Shown here: one piece after another, positions 10,426 through 20,198 of the stretch
Numbering within the stretch: the stretch's first letter is position 1
Layout of the letters: each line of letters starts with the position of its first letter
Origin: an uncultured Clostridia bacterium
GTDB taxonomy: Bacteria > Bacillota > Clostridia > Oscillospirales > Acutalibacteraceae
DNA: 64,000 nt
NCBI GenBank assembly: GCA_963930995.1
Contig: OZ006971.1
Coordinates: 481,319 to 545,318, forward strand
Direction of reading: 5' to 3'
The notes under the pieces: generated by a model
Told to the model about the DNA's origin: nothing
What the model saw: the letters and a program-made list of their open reading frames with translations, nothing else
Database searches by the model: none
Program-made: the position numbers and the translations under genes

Positions 10426-10938
10426 TTACTTGAGATCCTCGTTTTCCAGCACATAGCTGCTCGAGCTCGGCAGGCCGAGCTCCGCCATCACGAGCTCTTC
10501 CTTTTCGCGCATGCGCACGCGCGCAAGGCCGCCCTCTTCGTGGTTGTAGCCGAGCAGGTGCAGCACGCTGTGTGCCGTCAGGTACGCGACCTCGCGCTCT
10601 AAGCTGTGGCCGTAACGGCGCGCCTGCTCGACGGCCGTCTCCATCGAGATCACAACGTCGCCCAAAATCTTTGCGCCCGTCGTGTGGTCGATGTCGTATA
10701 CGCCGTTTTCACCCATCGGGAAGCTCAATACATCCGTCGGGGTATCCTTTTGGCGGTACTGTTTGTTGAGCTCCTGGATCTGGTTATTGTCGACAAACGT
10801 CACGCTGATTTCTGCCGAGCCCTGGAATTTCTCCATCGTCAAAACGGCGTTGCAGCAGCGGCGGATCAACATCCGCAGCCCGGTCGGAATCTTAACGGCC
10901 TTTTGTTTATTTTCGATGATAACGCGGATCTTGTCCAT
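10426..10938 (-). CDS. ybeY: rRNA maturation endoribonuclease YbeY
   Basis: PTDVLSFP and HSVLHLLGYNH. Confidence 0.95.
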   Translation of the reverse strand: MDKIRVIIENKQKAVKIPTGLRMLIRRCCNAVLTMEKFQGSAEISVTFVDNNQIQELNKQYRQKDTPTDVLSFPMGENGVYDIDHTTGAKILGDVVISMETAVEQARRYGHSLEREVAYLTAHSVLHLLGYNHEEGGLARVRMREKEELVMAELGLPSSSSYVLENEDLK

Positions 10939-11902
10939 GATTGTTGCCCTCCTCGTATTTTTCGTAGGCCTTGATGATGTCCTGCACAAGCTTGTGCCGC
11001 ACCACGTCGCGGCCTGTAAACTGCACCTGCGCGATGTCGTCGATCCCCTGCAGGATCCGCATGACCTGCTTTAAGCCGGAAGCTTTCCCGCGCGGCAGGT
11101 CGATCTGGGTGACATCGCCGGTAATGACCATTTTACTGTTGAACCCCAGGCGTGTCAGGAACATTTTCATCTGTTCCTGCGTCGTGTTTTGGGCTTCGTC
11201 CAAAATAATGAAGCTGTCGTCGAGCGTGCGCCCGCGCATATACGCCAGCGGCGCCACCTCAATGTTCCCGCGCTCGACGTAGCGCTGGTACGTTTCCGCG
11301 CCGAGCATGTCGAACAGCGCGTCGTATAAGGGGCGCAGGTAGGGATCCACCTTCTGCTGCAGGTCGCCGGGCAGGAAGCCCAGGCTCTCGCCGGCCTCAA
11401 CGGCCGGGCGCGTCAGGATGATGCGGTTGACCTGCTGCGCGCGAAACGCCGTGACGGCCATCGCAACGGCCAAGTACGTTTTGCCTGTGCCCGCGGGCCC
11501 GACGCCGATGGTGATCGTATTTTCGCGGATTGCCGTGCAGTAGCGCTTCTGGCCGAGTGTTTTGGGCTTGACGGGCTTTCCCTTGCTCGTGATGCAGATG
11601 CAGTCGCCGCCAAGGCTTTCGATGCGGTCCTCCGCACCGTCGTTGACGAGCCCGATGCAGTACCGCACGTTCTGCTCGGTCAGCGCTTCGCCGCGGTTAA
11701 TCAGTGTCAGAAGGCTCTGCAGTGCGCGCACGGCCTTTGCCACGTTTTCCGGCTCTCCCGTTACCTTCAGTTCGCTTCCGCGGCCGATGACCGTGACGTT
11801 GTACTCGTGTTCGACGAGCTTGATGTTTTCGTCAAAACTGCCGAACAGGGCCACTGCCTGTTCCATCCGGTCAATGTTGATCCGCTGTTCAAACAATCCC
11901 AT
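10907..11902 (-). CDS. phoH: PhoH-family ATPase
   Basis: GPAGTGKT, RPAVEAGE, PLAYMRGRT, DEAQN and GDVTQID. Confidence 0.95.
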   Translation of the reverse strand: MGLFEQRINIDRMEQAVALFGSFDENIKLVEHEYNVTVIGRGSELKVTGEPENVAKAVRALQSLLTLINRGEALTEQNVRYCIGLVNDGAEDRIESLGGDCICITSKGKPVKPKTLGQKRYCTAIRENTITIGVGPAGTGKTYLAVAMAVTAFRAQQVNRIILTRPAVEAGESLGFLPGDLQQKVDPYLRPLYDALFDMLGAETYQRYVERGNIEVAPLAYMRGRTLDDSFIILDEAQNTTQEQMKMFLTRLGFNSKMVITGDVTQIDLPRGKASGLKQVMRILQGIDDIAQVQFTGRDVVRHKLVQDIIKAYEKYEEGNNHGQDPRYHRK

Positions 11903-12251
11903 CCCTCATTTATTGGTGAATTTCGCGCACCGCTTTGCACCTCGGCGGAAAAGGCTGCTCTGCGATTTCCCGCGTGTGGACAGGGCGGATAGACGCGATT
12001 CCTATCTTACTTTTTCTATCATAGCACAAACGGCGGGGAAAGTCACGTAAATGGGCAAAAAAATTTGTAATTTATTCACACAATTGATCCACGGAATTCC
12101 GACCTTGCTTTCCCTTCTGACGAGTTTCAAAGGTTTTTGTGCAATCTGCTTATTTTTACGCTTGAAAAAAAGAAAAAAAGGGCAGAAAACAAAATCCTAG
12201 CAGGAAAAGAAAAGCCGCCCGCGGCGAAGCGGACGGCAGAAAATAGAAATT

Positions 12252-12983
12252 TTAGGAAGCACCAAGAATTTGTTCTGCGTTTTTGACCCGTGCCGGCGCC
12301 GGCGGCTCGATGCCGCTCAGCGGATAGGGCAGCCCCAGCGCCTCCCATTTCGGCACGCCGAGCGTGTGATACGGCAGCACTTCGACCCGCTTGACGTTTG
12401 AAAGCGTGTCCAAAAACGCGCGCAGGGCATGTAAATCCCCGTCAAAATCGGTGCGGGAAGGCACGAGCACGTGGCGCACCCACATGGGTTTCCCGATTTC
12501 CGAAAGGAAGCGCGCGAAATCCAGGATGTTCTCGTTGGAGCGGCCGGTCAGCGCCCGGTGGCGCGCAGGGTCTGTCTCCTTGAGGTCGAGCAGGACGAGG
12601 TCCGTGTTTTTGAGCACGGCGCGGATTTTCGAGAAAGCCGGCTCTTCGCGGGAAAACGGCGCGCCGGAGGTGTCGAGGCACGTGTGGACGCCCGCGGCCT
12701 TCGCCTTTTCGAAGAATTCGGCGAGGAATTCCGGCTGCCGGAGCGGTTCCCCGCCGCTGACCGTGATGCCGCCTTCGGTTCCCCAGTACGGACGGAAACG
12801 CAGCGCCTTTTGCAGCAGTTCATCGGCCGAAAGCCGCAGCGGCGCGTCCTCCATGCGCCAGGTGTCGGGGTTGTGGCAGTATTGGCAGCGCATCGGGCAT
12901 CCCTGCAGAAAGACGACGTACCGCACGCCCGGCCCGTCGACGGAGCCGAAGCTTTCGAGCGAATGGACAAACGCCTGTGGCAT
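12252..12983 (-). CDS. pflA: Pyruvate formate-lyase activating enzyme (radical SAM)
   Basis: VDGPG and CPMRCQYCHNPD; directly downstream of pflB. Confidence 0.96.
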   Translation of the reverse strand: MPQAFVHSLESFGSVDGPGVRYVVFLQGCPMRCQYCHNPDTWRMEDAPLRLSADELLQKALRFRPYWGTEGGITVSGGEPLRQPEFLAEFFEKAKAAGVHTCLDTSGAPFSREEPAFSKIRAVLKNTDLVLLDLKETDPARHRALTGRSNENILDFARFLSEIGKPMWVRHVLVPSRTDFDGDLHALRAFLDTLSNVKRVEVLPYHTLGVPKWEALGLPYPLSGIEPPAPARVKNAEQILGAS

Positions 12984-13007
12984 AACTTCCTCCTTTGCCG
13001 GTGCGGC

Positions 13008-15260
13008 TCAGACGCGCGTGTGGCACGTGCGGGCAATCACGTCGAGCTGCTGCTCGCGGGTCAGGTCAATGAATTTCACGGCGTAGCCGGAGACGCGGAT
13101 CGTGAAATTCGCGTACTCCTCCTTTTCCGGATGCTCCATCGCGTCGATGAGCTTTTCGCGGCCGAAGATGTTGACATTTAAGTGGTGGGCGCCCTGCGTG
13201 AAGTACCCGTCGAGCACCTGCACGAGGTGGCGCTTCTGCTCGTCCTCATTGTGGCCGAGTGCGCCGGGATTGACGGTCTGCGTGTTCGAGATGCCGTCGA
13301 GCGCGTACTCGTACGGCAGCTTCGCCACGGAATTTAACGACGCCAAAAGGCCGTTCTGCTCTGCGCCGTAGCTCGGGTTTGCGCCGGGCGACAGCGGCTT
13401 GCCGGCCGGGCGGCCGTCGGGCATCGCGCCGGTCGCCTTGCCGTAGACGACGTTCGACGTGATTGTCAGAATCGACGTCGTCGGCTCCGCGTTGCGGTAG
13501 GTGTGGTGGGTCTTGATCTTCTTTAAGAACGTCTTTAACAGCCACACGGCGAGTTCGTCGGCGCGGTCGTCGTCATTGCCGTATTTCGGGAAATCGCCCT
13601 CGACCGCAAAGTCGACAGCCAGGCCATCCTCGTCGCGGATCGGGCGCACCTTCGCGTATTTAATCGCGGAGAGCGAGTCGACCACATGCGAGAAGCCCGC
13701 GATGCCCGTCGCAAACGTGCGGCGCACATCCGTGTCGATTAACGCCATTTCGGCGGCCTCGTAGTAGTATTTGTCGTGCATATAATGGATCAGGTTCAGC
13801 GTGTTCACGTAAAGCCCCGCGAGCCAGTCGAGCATGCGGTCGTACTTTTCCATGACCTCATCGAAGTCGAGCACGTCCGCCGTGATCGGCGCATAGGGCG
13901 GGCCGACCTGCTCTTTCTTGCGCTCGTCGACGCCGCCGTTGATCGCGTACAAAAGGCACTTTGCGAGGTTTGCGCGCGCGCCGAAGAACTGCATTTCCTT
14001 GCCCGTCTGCGTTGCGGAGACGCAGCAGCAGATCGAGTAGTCGTCCTTCCACACCGGCCGCATGACTTCGTCGTTTTCATATTGGATCGAACTCGTGCGC
14101 ACGGAGATCGCCGCGGCGTATTCCTTAAATGCCGCGGGCAGACGCGGCGAATAGAGCACCGTCAGATTCGGTTCGGGCGCCGGGCCCATGTTTTCGAGCG
14201 TGTGCAGAAAGCGGAAGTCGTTTTTCGTGACCATCGACCGGCCGTCCATGCCCATGCCCGCGAGCTCGAGCGTGGCCCACACCGGGTCGCCGGAGTAAAG
14301 CTCGTTGTACGACGGGATGCGCGCGAATTTGACCATGCGGAATTTTAAGACGAGGTGGTCAATCAGTTCCTGCGCGTCCGCTTCCGTCAGGCGGCCGTTT
14401 TCGAGGTCGCGCTCGAGATAAATATCCAAAAACGTCGAGATGCGCCCGACGCTCATCGCGGCGCCGTTCTGCGTTTTAATTGCGGCCAGATACCCGAAAT
14501 AGAGCCACTGCACGGCCTCCTGCGCCGTTTCGGCCGGGCGGGAAATGTCGAAGCCGTACGCCGCCGCCATGCGTTTCATGCCTTCGAGCGCGTGAATCTG
14601 CATCGCGATCTCTTCGCGCAGGCGGATCACATCCTCGGTCATCGTGCCGTCGCCGCAAAGGGAGAGGTCCTCGCGCTTTTTCTCAATCAAAAAGTCGATG
14701 CCATAAAGCGCTACGCGGCGGTAGTCGCCGATGATGCGGCCGCGGCCGTACGTGTCCGGGAGGCCGGTGATGATCTTATTGTGGCGCGCTTTGAGCATCT
14801 CGGGCGTGTAGGCGTCAAAGACGGCCTCGTTGTGCGTTTTGTGATACTGCGTGAAGATTTTATGCAGTTCGGGGTCGGGCGTGTAGCCGTACGTCTCGCA
14901 CGCCTCTTCGGCCATGCGAATGCCGCCGAACGGCATGAACGCGCGCTTTAACGGCTTGTCCGTCTGCAGGCCGACAATCTTCTCGAGGTCCTTCGTGTCT
15001 TCACCGATATACGCCGCCGGGTAGGCGTCAAGCGTCGAGACGACGTGCGTCTCCATATCGAGCACGCCGCCTTTTTTGCGCTCTTCCTTCTGCAGGGCCT
15101 GCACCTTGTCCCAAAGCGTCTTCGTCGCATCGGTCGGTCCCGCCAAAAAGCCCTCGTCGCCGTCGTAGGGCGTGTAGTTGCACTGGATGAAGTCGCGTAC
15201 ATCGATGTCGTCTCTCCACTTTTCCCCGTGGAATCCCTGCCATGCTTTCGTGAAATCCAT
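13008..15260 (-). CDS. pflB: Pyruvate formate-lyase (formate C-acetyltransferase)
   Basis: [24 protein letters not shown] active-site cysteines, TIRVSGYAV glycyl-radical loop; AAGGAGG RBS before ATG 15260. Confidence 0.97.
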   Translation of the reverse strand: MDFTKAWQGFHGEKWRDDIDVRDFIQCNYTPYDGDEGFLAGPTDATKTLWDKVQALQKEERKKGGVLDMETHVVSTLDAYPAAYIGEDTKDLEKIVGLQTDKPLKRAFMPFGGIRMAEEACETYGYTPDPELHKIFTQYHKTHNEAVFDAYTPEMLKARHNKIITGLPDTYGRGRIIGDYRRVALYGIDFLIEKKREDLSLCGDGTMTEDVIRLREEIAMQIHALEGMKRMAAAYGFDISRPAETAQEAVQWLYFGYLAAIKTQNGAAMSVGRISTFLDIYLERDLENGRLTEADAQELIDHLVLKFRMVKFARIPSYNELYSGDPVWATLELAGMGMDGRSMVTKNDFRFLHTLENMGPAPEPNLTVLYSPRLPAAFKEYAAAISVRTSSIQYENDEVMRPVWKDDYSICCCVSATQTGKEMQFFGARANLAKCLLYAINGGVDERKKEQVGPPYAPITADVLDFDEVMEKYDRMLDWLAGLYVNTLNLIHYMHDKYYYEAAEMALIDTDVRRTFATGIAGFSHVVDSLSAIKYAKVRPIRDEDGLAVDFAVEGDFPKYGNDDDRADELAVWLLKTFLKKIKTHHTYRNAEPTTSILTITSNVVYGKATGAMPDGRPAGKPLSPGANPSYGAEQNGLLASLNSVAKLPYEYALDGISNTQTVNPGALGHNEDEQKRHLVQVLDGYFTQGAHHLNVNIFGREKLIDAMEHPEKEEYANFTIRVSGYAVKFIDLTREQQLDVIARTCHTRV

Positions 15261-15484
15261 CGTATCCTCCTTGTTTCGCGTGCCGTGCGGGCGGCGTGGG
15301 CAGATTCCCCTGAAAGGCAAAAAGTATACAAATAAGGTATAGAATCTTCGCCCAAAACCACCCGCCTGCCGCACGGTCTGCGCGGCGCCGGCGTTTTCCC
15401 GTTCCATTTTCTTTTTGTTGATCACTTGCACCCGCCTATTCTAGGATGCCCGCCAGTCCGCAAAATAGCAGGATGCAAGGGATG

Positions 15485-15526
15485 AAAAAAGCCGGCAGCC
15501 TGGGTGCTTTCGCCCAGACGGCCGGC
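15485..15526 (-). terminator. Intrinsic terminator overlapping the 3' part of the ZTP aptamer (expression platform)
   Basis: Minus strand gccggccgtctgggc-gaaa-gcacccaggctgccggc-TTTTTT. Confidence 0.8.
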
Positions 15527-15582
15527 TTTTTCCCGCCATACTCCATGTGGTAAACCCCACAGCTCCGTCAGTCATATGGCTT
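15511..15582 (-). ncRNA. ZMP/ZTP riboswitch (pfl motif)
   Basis: Minus strand GCCATATGACTGACGG...GTGG..ACCAC..GGAGTATGGC (P1/P2), A-rich linker, GCCGGCCGTCTGGGC (P3); pseudoknot GACGG/CCGTC; upstream of pflB. Confidence 0.88.
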
Positions 15583-15592
15583 CGTTACTTTT

Positions 15593-15621
15593 ATTATATC
15601 GGCGCGCAGGACGGCTGTCAA
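15593..15621 (-). promoter_or_regulatory. Consensus sigma-A promoter driving the riboswitch-pflBA transcript
   Basis: TTGACA(15621-15616)-17 bp-TATAAT(15598-15593). Confidence 0.85.
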
Positions 15622-16139
15622 GCCTCTTCCTGCAAGATATGCAGGTCTTTTAATGCGCGGCAGACGCGCAGGAACGCGTCCTCATCCGGGCAATGCAGCG
15701 TATGCAGATGGACGCCGCCCGTCAGCGAGGACAGCGGCGACGCGCGCAGCGAAGAGAGCTTTTCCACGAATGCGTCCACGTCCCGCCGCGAAAAGATGTG
15801 CAGCGCCCCCCGCAGCTCGCCGTAGACCGGATGGTCCACCGTGACGTCGAGCACGGCGCAGCCGTTGTCGACGGCCGCGTACAGTTCGGCCCGCAGCGCG
15901 TCTTCCCCTGTATGGCAGCACGCGATCGTGCGCAAAAAGCCCGCGCCGAACGGCTTTTGCAGCGCATAGCCGCGCGGGGTAGCGGCAATGTCGTGCTGGG
16001 AAGCACGCAGGAGTGCAACGTCCCCGACAATGATCTGCCGGCTGACCGCGAACCGTTTCGCGAGCGCTGCCGCGCTGACGGGCGCGTCCGATTGGCGCAG
16101 GATATTCAAAATTGCACTGCGGCGTTCACCGGGCTGCAT
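15618..16139 (-). CDS. niaR: NiaR/NadR-type niacin-responsive repressor (HTH + 3H domain)
   Basis: VSRQIIVGDVALLR, ATPRGY, VDHPVYG and GVHLHTL. Confidence 0.9.
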   Translation of the reverse strand: MQPGERRSAILNILRQSDAPVSAAALAKRFAVSRQIIVGDVALLRASQHDIAATPRGYALQKPFGAGFLRTIACCHTGEDALRAELYAAVDNGCAVLDVTVDHPVYGELRGALHIFSRRDVDAFVEKLSSLRASPLSSLTGGVHLHTLHCPDEDAFLRVCRALKDLHILQEEA

Positions 16140-16214
16140 CGAAGGGCTCCTCCTTTTTTTAAATCTTTTTGTTTTTATCCTCACACAGCATGCAAAGGGC
16201 GGTTTGCCGCATCC

Positions 16215-16421
16215 TTAAAGGCTGAATTCTTCCGGGTCATATTTCGGGAGCGGCGGCGGCGTCAGCGGGACACGCAGCAGCGGGTCATAGCGGTATGCCT
16301 TGCAGACGCCCTCTTCCGGGAATGTGCGTCCGCATTGGCAGCCGTCCGGCGTGCTGTGCGCGCAATACTCGCACCGCGGCGGGATGCTGCGGCCGAAGAA
16401 AGCGCTTGCCGAGCGTTTCAT
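16215..16421 (-). CDS. Small Cys-rich hypothetical protein
   Basis: CEYC...C...C-x-x-YRYDPLLRVP; GGAGG RBS upstream. Confidence 0.65.
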   Translation of the reverse strand: MKRSASAFFGRSIPPRCEYCAHSTPDGCQCGRTFPEEGVCKAYRYDPLLRVPLTPPPLPKYDPEEFSL

Positions 16422-16445
16422 CAAAGGGTCACCTCCCGGCATGTA

Positions 16446-17579
16446 TTATAGCACGCGTCCGCCGGATTTTCCAGAGCGATTCTTGTCTATCGAGAGCCTC
16501 TTTCCGGGCCGCTTTTCCGCCCGGCGGCGCGCCGCGGATCCGGCCGGCAGGCGTTCTTCCAGCAGGCAGACGCCGCACAATAACAGCAGCGCCATGCTCG
16601 CGGCGGCGGAAGACGAAAGGGCGGGCACGCTTTTTTGAAGGCTTCCGAGCACCTGTACGGCGTCGCCGGGCAGAAGCGGCGGCGCGGCCCAGTTTGTAAA
16701 CGGCAGCGTCAGCACGGCGGCCAAACCGCCGTGCAGCGCGCGGCACAGGGCAAAGGTGCGGTACTTTACGGGGAACGAGAGCCCTTCCAAACACTGCAGA
16801 TGGACGCACACGCCGCCCCAGCCGAGCACGAGGGCCAGCATCCACAGCGGCGCGTGCAGCGCCGACAGCATTTGGCACGACAGCGTCACTTCGCTCCCCG
16901 CGGCCAGCAGGAATCCCAACGGCCCGAGTGGCAGGCGCGCCAAAACGCCGAGCAGCGCGCTGCACAAAATGACCAGCGCACACATCAAAAGCATGGCGCT
17001 GCCGCTTTTGCGCACGGCATGGAGCAGCGCCGCGCCGGCTGGTTCCGCCGCGCTTTGGCGGGCCGAAACGGCTTTTGCGGCAGGCGGCGCACAGCGGCCG
17101 AGCAGCAGCCCCAGGAAAAAGCCCGCAAGCAGATGCGTGCTAAGCAGCACGGCTCCCGCGCGCGGGTTCCCCAAAAATCCGCATCCGACGGCGGAATAGA
17201 GAAAGGCGGGCCCCGCGTGAACGCAGCAAAGCAGCATGCGGGCGGCCTCCTTTTCCGAAAGCAGCCCGGCGGTGTACAGTTCTTCCACCGCGCGGGAGCC
17301 GGCCGGATACCCGCCCACCATCCCCAAAAAGAGCGCCGGCACGGCTTCGGCCGGCAGCCGGAACAGCCGCCCAAGCCAGCGGCAGTGGCGGCCGAGCCGC
17401 GCGACGGCCCCGCACCGCACGAGGAACGTGGTGAGAAACAGAAACGGAAATAAAGACGGCACCAGCGTCGAAAGGCACGTCGCCATGCCCGCGGCGGCGC
17501 CGGCGGCACTCTGCTGCGGAAACAGCAGAAGCCCCGCCGCGCACAGCCCCCCAAAAAGGATCGGCCCGAGATGTTTCAT
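16446..17579 (-). CDS. ylbJ: YlbJ-like sporulation integral membrane protein
   Basis: LVPSLFPF, GGYPAG, AGPAFLY, GWGGVCVHLQ; multiple TM segments; divergent from yqfCD. Confidence 0.75.
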   Translation of the reverse strand: MKHLGPILFGGLCAAGLLLFPQQSAAGAAAGMATCLSTLVPSLFPFLFLTTFLVRCGAVARLGRHCRWLGRLFRLPAEAVPALFLGMVGGYPAGSRAVEELYTAGLLSEKEAARMLLCCVHAGPAFLYSAVGCGFLGNPRAGAVLLSTHLLAGFFLGLLLGRCAPPAAKAVSARQSAAEPAGAALLHAVRKSGSAMLLMCALVILCSALLGVLARLPLGPLGFLLAAGSEVTLSCQMLSALHAPLWMLALVLGWGGVCVHLQCLEGLSFPVKYRTFALCRALHGGLAAVLTLPFTNWAAPPLLPGDAVQVLGSLQKSVPALSSSAAASMALLLLCGVCLLEERLPAGSAARRRAEKRPGKRLSIDKNRSGKSGGRVL

Positions 17580-17600
17580 GCAAATCCCTCCCGCCTTTAT

Positions 17601-17629
17601 GCATATGCGGAAAGGCACGTGAATACGTT
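17601..17629 (+). promoter_or_regulatory. Putative sigma-E promoter for yqfC-yqfD
   Basis: gcATAt with 16 nt from ATA to aATAcgtT, matching ATA-N16-18-cATAcanT; yqfCD is sigma-E dependent in B. subtilis. Confidence 0.45.
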
Positions 17630-17658
17630 TATTCGGAGCAAAAAGGAGGGGAAGCGGT

Positions 17659-17907
17659 GTGCTGGGATGGGAGGCGCACGGCCTTTTGGCCGAAAACGGC
17701 CCGCGCATGGAGCTGGGCGGCCGCCGGGAGGCGACCGTCGACGGCTGCGGCGGTGTGCTCGAATATACCGAAACGGTGGTGCGCATCCGCTACGGGCGCG
17801 GGGTGGTGAAGTTTTCCGGAGAACGGCTGCGCCTGCACAGCCTCGCGGCAAAGTCGCTGATCCTTTCCGGTGAGATTCAAAAGATCGAATTCCTGCCGCC
17901 GCCGTGA
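17659..17907 (+). CDS. yqfC: YabP/YqfC-family sporulation protein
   Basis: ELGGRREATVDGCGGVLEY...ILSGEIQKIEF; AAGGAGG RBS; precedes yqfD. Confidence 0.85.
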   Translation: MLGWEAHGLLAENGPRMELGGRREATVDGCGGVLEYTETVVRIRYGRGVVKFSGERLRLHSLAAKSLILSGEIQKIEFLPPP

Positions 17908-17970
17908 CCATTTTGAAACTGCCGCTTTTCGAACTGAATGATAAAGCCGAGGGAAAGGGGGCTGCGGCGG

Positions 17971-19155
17971 ATGCTCGTCCAATGGCTCTTTGGCTGGGTT
18001 GCGTGGGAAGTGCAGAACCCTGCCGCGGGGGAGCGGTTTTTGAATTGCTGTGCGCGGGCGCGGCTTTCTTTGTGGGACCTGAAGCCGGGCAAAGGCGGCA
18101 AAGGCGTCAGCGGCCGCATGCGGGTGCGCGACTACCGGCACATCCGCCCCCTTGCAAGGAAGGCGGGCGCACGCCTGCGTGCGGGGAAGCGGCGGGGGCT
18201 GCCGTTTTTGTGGAACCGACTGCGGGGGCGGCCGGGGCTGCTCTTTGGCGGCGCGGCGTTTTTTGCGCTCTTGTGCGCGTTTTCGCAGTGCTTTTGGACC
18301 GTGGAGGTGACGGGCTGCCGAACAATCCCGGAGACGGCGCTGCGCGCGACGCTTGCGGAATTCGGCGTGGCGCCCGGTGCGCCGAAAGCGGCGTTTTCCC
18401 CGAACGCCGTGCAGGCGGCCCTGATGCGCCGTTTCCCACAGCTTGCGTGGGTTACCGTCAACGACCGCGGCTCGGACGCCGATGTGCGCCTTTTGGAAAA
18501 GGACGCCGCGCCGCAGGTGTTTGACGGCGAGGGCTTTTGCAGCCTGCGCGCCGCGAAAAGCGGAACGGTGGTGGAAATGCACATATGGGCCGGTACGCCA
18601 ACCGTAAAAGTGGGGGAAGGCGTTCTTTCTGGGCAGCTTTTGGTATCCTCGGTGGTGGAAAGCGAGAGCACGGAGGAATGGCGCATGCGCCACGCGGCGG
18701 GTCAGGTGATTGCCGAGACCACGCAGGTGCTGCGGGCAGACGTCCCTTTGCAGAAAGAGGTTGCCGTCCCGCAGGGCGAGCCGGTGAAACGGCGGTCTTT
18801 GGAGCTTTTCGGCGCGCGGCTTCCGCTTTCCTGGCGCTTGGCGCCCGACGGCGCCTATACGGCCCAGGGCATTCGCACGTCGCTTTCGGTGTATGGCCGC
18901 CTGCTGCCCGCCGCCGTTTTGGAGGAAACGCTGCAGCCCGTTTCGGTGCGCACACAGCCGCGCACGCGGGAGGAGGCGGAAGCCCTCGCACGGGAAGATC
19001 TGGCGCGCCAGGAAGCCGCCCTCGGTGCGGGGGTCGAAATTACCGCGCGGGAAGACCGCGTGCGCGTGACGGACGAGGCCGTTACGGTCGAACGCACGCT
19101 CACGTGCCGGGAAGACATTGCCTATACCGCGCCGATCGGCTGGGAAACGCCGTAA
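17971..19155 (+). CDS. yqfD: Sporulation protein YqfD
   Basis: ERFLN, RGLPF, TM helix, WTVEVTG, AWV, VKVGEGV..GQLLVS and REDIA. Confidence 0.88.
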   Translation: MLVQWLFGWVAWEVQNPAAGERFLNCCARARLSLWDLKPGKGGKGVSGRMRVRDYRHIRPLARKAGARLRAGKRRGLPFLWNRLRGRPGLLFGGAAFFALLCAFSQCFWTVEVTGCRTIPETALRATLAEFGVAPGAPKAAFSPNAVQAALMRRFPQLAWVTVNDRGSDADVRLLEKDAAPQVFDGEGFCSLRAAKSGTVVEMHIWAGTPTVKVGEGVLSGQLLVSSVVESESTEEWRMRHAAGQVIAETTQVLRADVPLQKEVAVPQGEPVKRRSLELFGARLPLSWRLAPDGAYTAQGIRTSLSVYGRLLPAAVLEETLQPVSVRTQPRTREEAEALAREDLARQEAALGAGVEITAREDRVRVTDEAVTVERTLTCREDIAYTAPIGWETP

Positions 19156-19172
19156 AGATGTCCCCGCCGCGC

Positions 19173-19212
19173 AAAAAGGGCCTTTCCCCCTCTTCGGAGG
19201 AAAGGCCCTTTT
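19173..19212. terminator. Bidirectional terminator
   Basis: aaaaagggcctttcc-loop-ggaaaggccctttt between convergent genes. Confidence 0.8.
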
Positions 19213-19250
19213 ATATGGACTGCTATCGGAGATTGATTCCCGCGGCCGTT

Positions 19251-20057
19251 TTACAGCGCGCGCACATGATATTTATTTTGAAATTCCTCAGGCGGCATCG
19301 ACAGCAGCAGGATCATTTCGGCGAGGCTTGCCAAAAACAGGAGGCCGACGATCCATACCGCATACGAGCAGAAGAACAGCGTTGCGAGCAGGTACAGAAG
19401 TCCGGCGCCCCACTGCCCGAGGTAGAACTTGTGGATGCCGAGGATTCCCAGGAACAGCGCGAGCAGGCCGGCGGCCGTCTTTCCGCGCGCGGGCGCCGCA
19501 GCGTCCGGCGTGAAGGTGCCGTCGAACCAGCCGAACAGGCGGTCGGGCTGGCCAAACGGATGCGTTTCCGTATGCCGCGGCGGCGTGTAGGTGCCATAAG
19601 ACGCCTGCGGCGGGGTCTGGTTTTGGCCGCCGTAAGCGTAATTGCCCTGCGGCGGGGTCTGGTTTTGGCCGCCGTAAGCGTAATTGCCCTGCGGCGGGGT
19701 TTGGTTCTGGCCGCCGTAAGCGTAATTGCCCTGCGGCGGGGTCTGGTTCTGGCCGCCGTAAGTGTAATTGCCCTGCGGCGGGGTCTGGTTTTGGCCGCCG
19801 TAAGTGTAATTGCCCTGCGGCGGGGTCTGGCTTTGGCCGCCGTAAGTATAATTGCCCTGCGGCGGGGTCTGCGCCGGTTCCTGGTGCGGGGGCTCGGCGG
19901 GGGCTTCCGGCGCGGGGGATGGGGACTGCGGCGTCGTTTGGGCCGCCGGTGCGGCGGATTCGGCCGCTTCGGGCGGCAGCGTATTGCCGCAGCGCACGCA
20001 GTAGGTGGCTTTTTCGCTGTTTTCTGTGCCGCAGCGCGGGCAGATCTTTTTTGCCAT
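19251..20057 (-). CDS. Zinc-ribbon / tandem-repeat / TM2 (NINE) domain membrane protein
   Basis: CPRC...CVRC ribbon; KTAAGLLALFLGILGIHKFYLG TM2 motif. Confidence 0.85.
   Translation of the reverse strand: MAKKICPRCGTENSEKATYCVRCGNTLPPEAAESAAPAAQTTPQSPSPAPEAPAEPPHQEPAQTPPQGNYTYGGQSQTPPQGNYTYGGQNQTPPQGNYTYGGQNQTPPQGNYAYGGQNQTPPQGNYAYGGQNQTPPQGNYAYGGQNQTPPQASYGTYTPPRHTETHPFGQPDRLFGWFDGTFTPDAAAPARGKTAAGLLALFLGILGIHKFYLGQWGAGLLYLLATLFFCSYAVWIVGLLFLASLAEMILLLSMPPEEFQNKYHVRAL
19605..19871. repeat. Intragenic 42-bp tandem repeat, 6 full copies plus 15 bp (QTPPQGNY[T/A]YGGQ[N/S])
   Basis: ctgcggcggggtctggttttggccgccgtaagcgtaattgcc unit recurs every 42 bp with few substitutions. Confidence 0.95.
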
Positions 20058-20198
20058 AGGGAAAACTCCTTTCAAGATAAGGCGGTGCCCCTGCGATGCG
20101 AATCCATACGCCAAATATGCGGGGCGCTATCTGCAGTGTAACAGGTTTCGGCGCGATGCGCAACGCGGGGAGGTGGTTTGTCAGGAGATCGTAAGATT

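Noticed and set aside
15415-15432. Rex-like box upstream of pflB, and a similar one near 12063-12081
   Set aside because: Only one half-site matches TTGTKAA-N4-TTMACAA; too degenerate to call
19605-19871. Possible CRISPR array
   Set aside because: Units are contiguous with no unique spacers, 42 bp in-frame inside a CDS, and no cas genes are present
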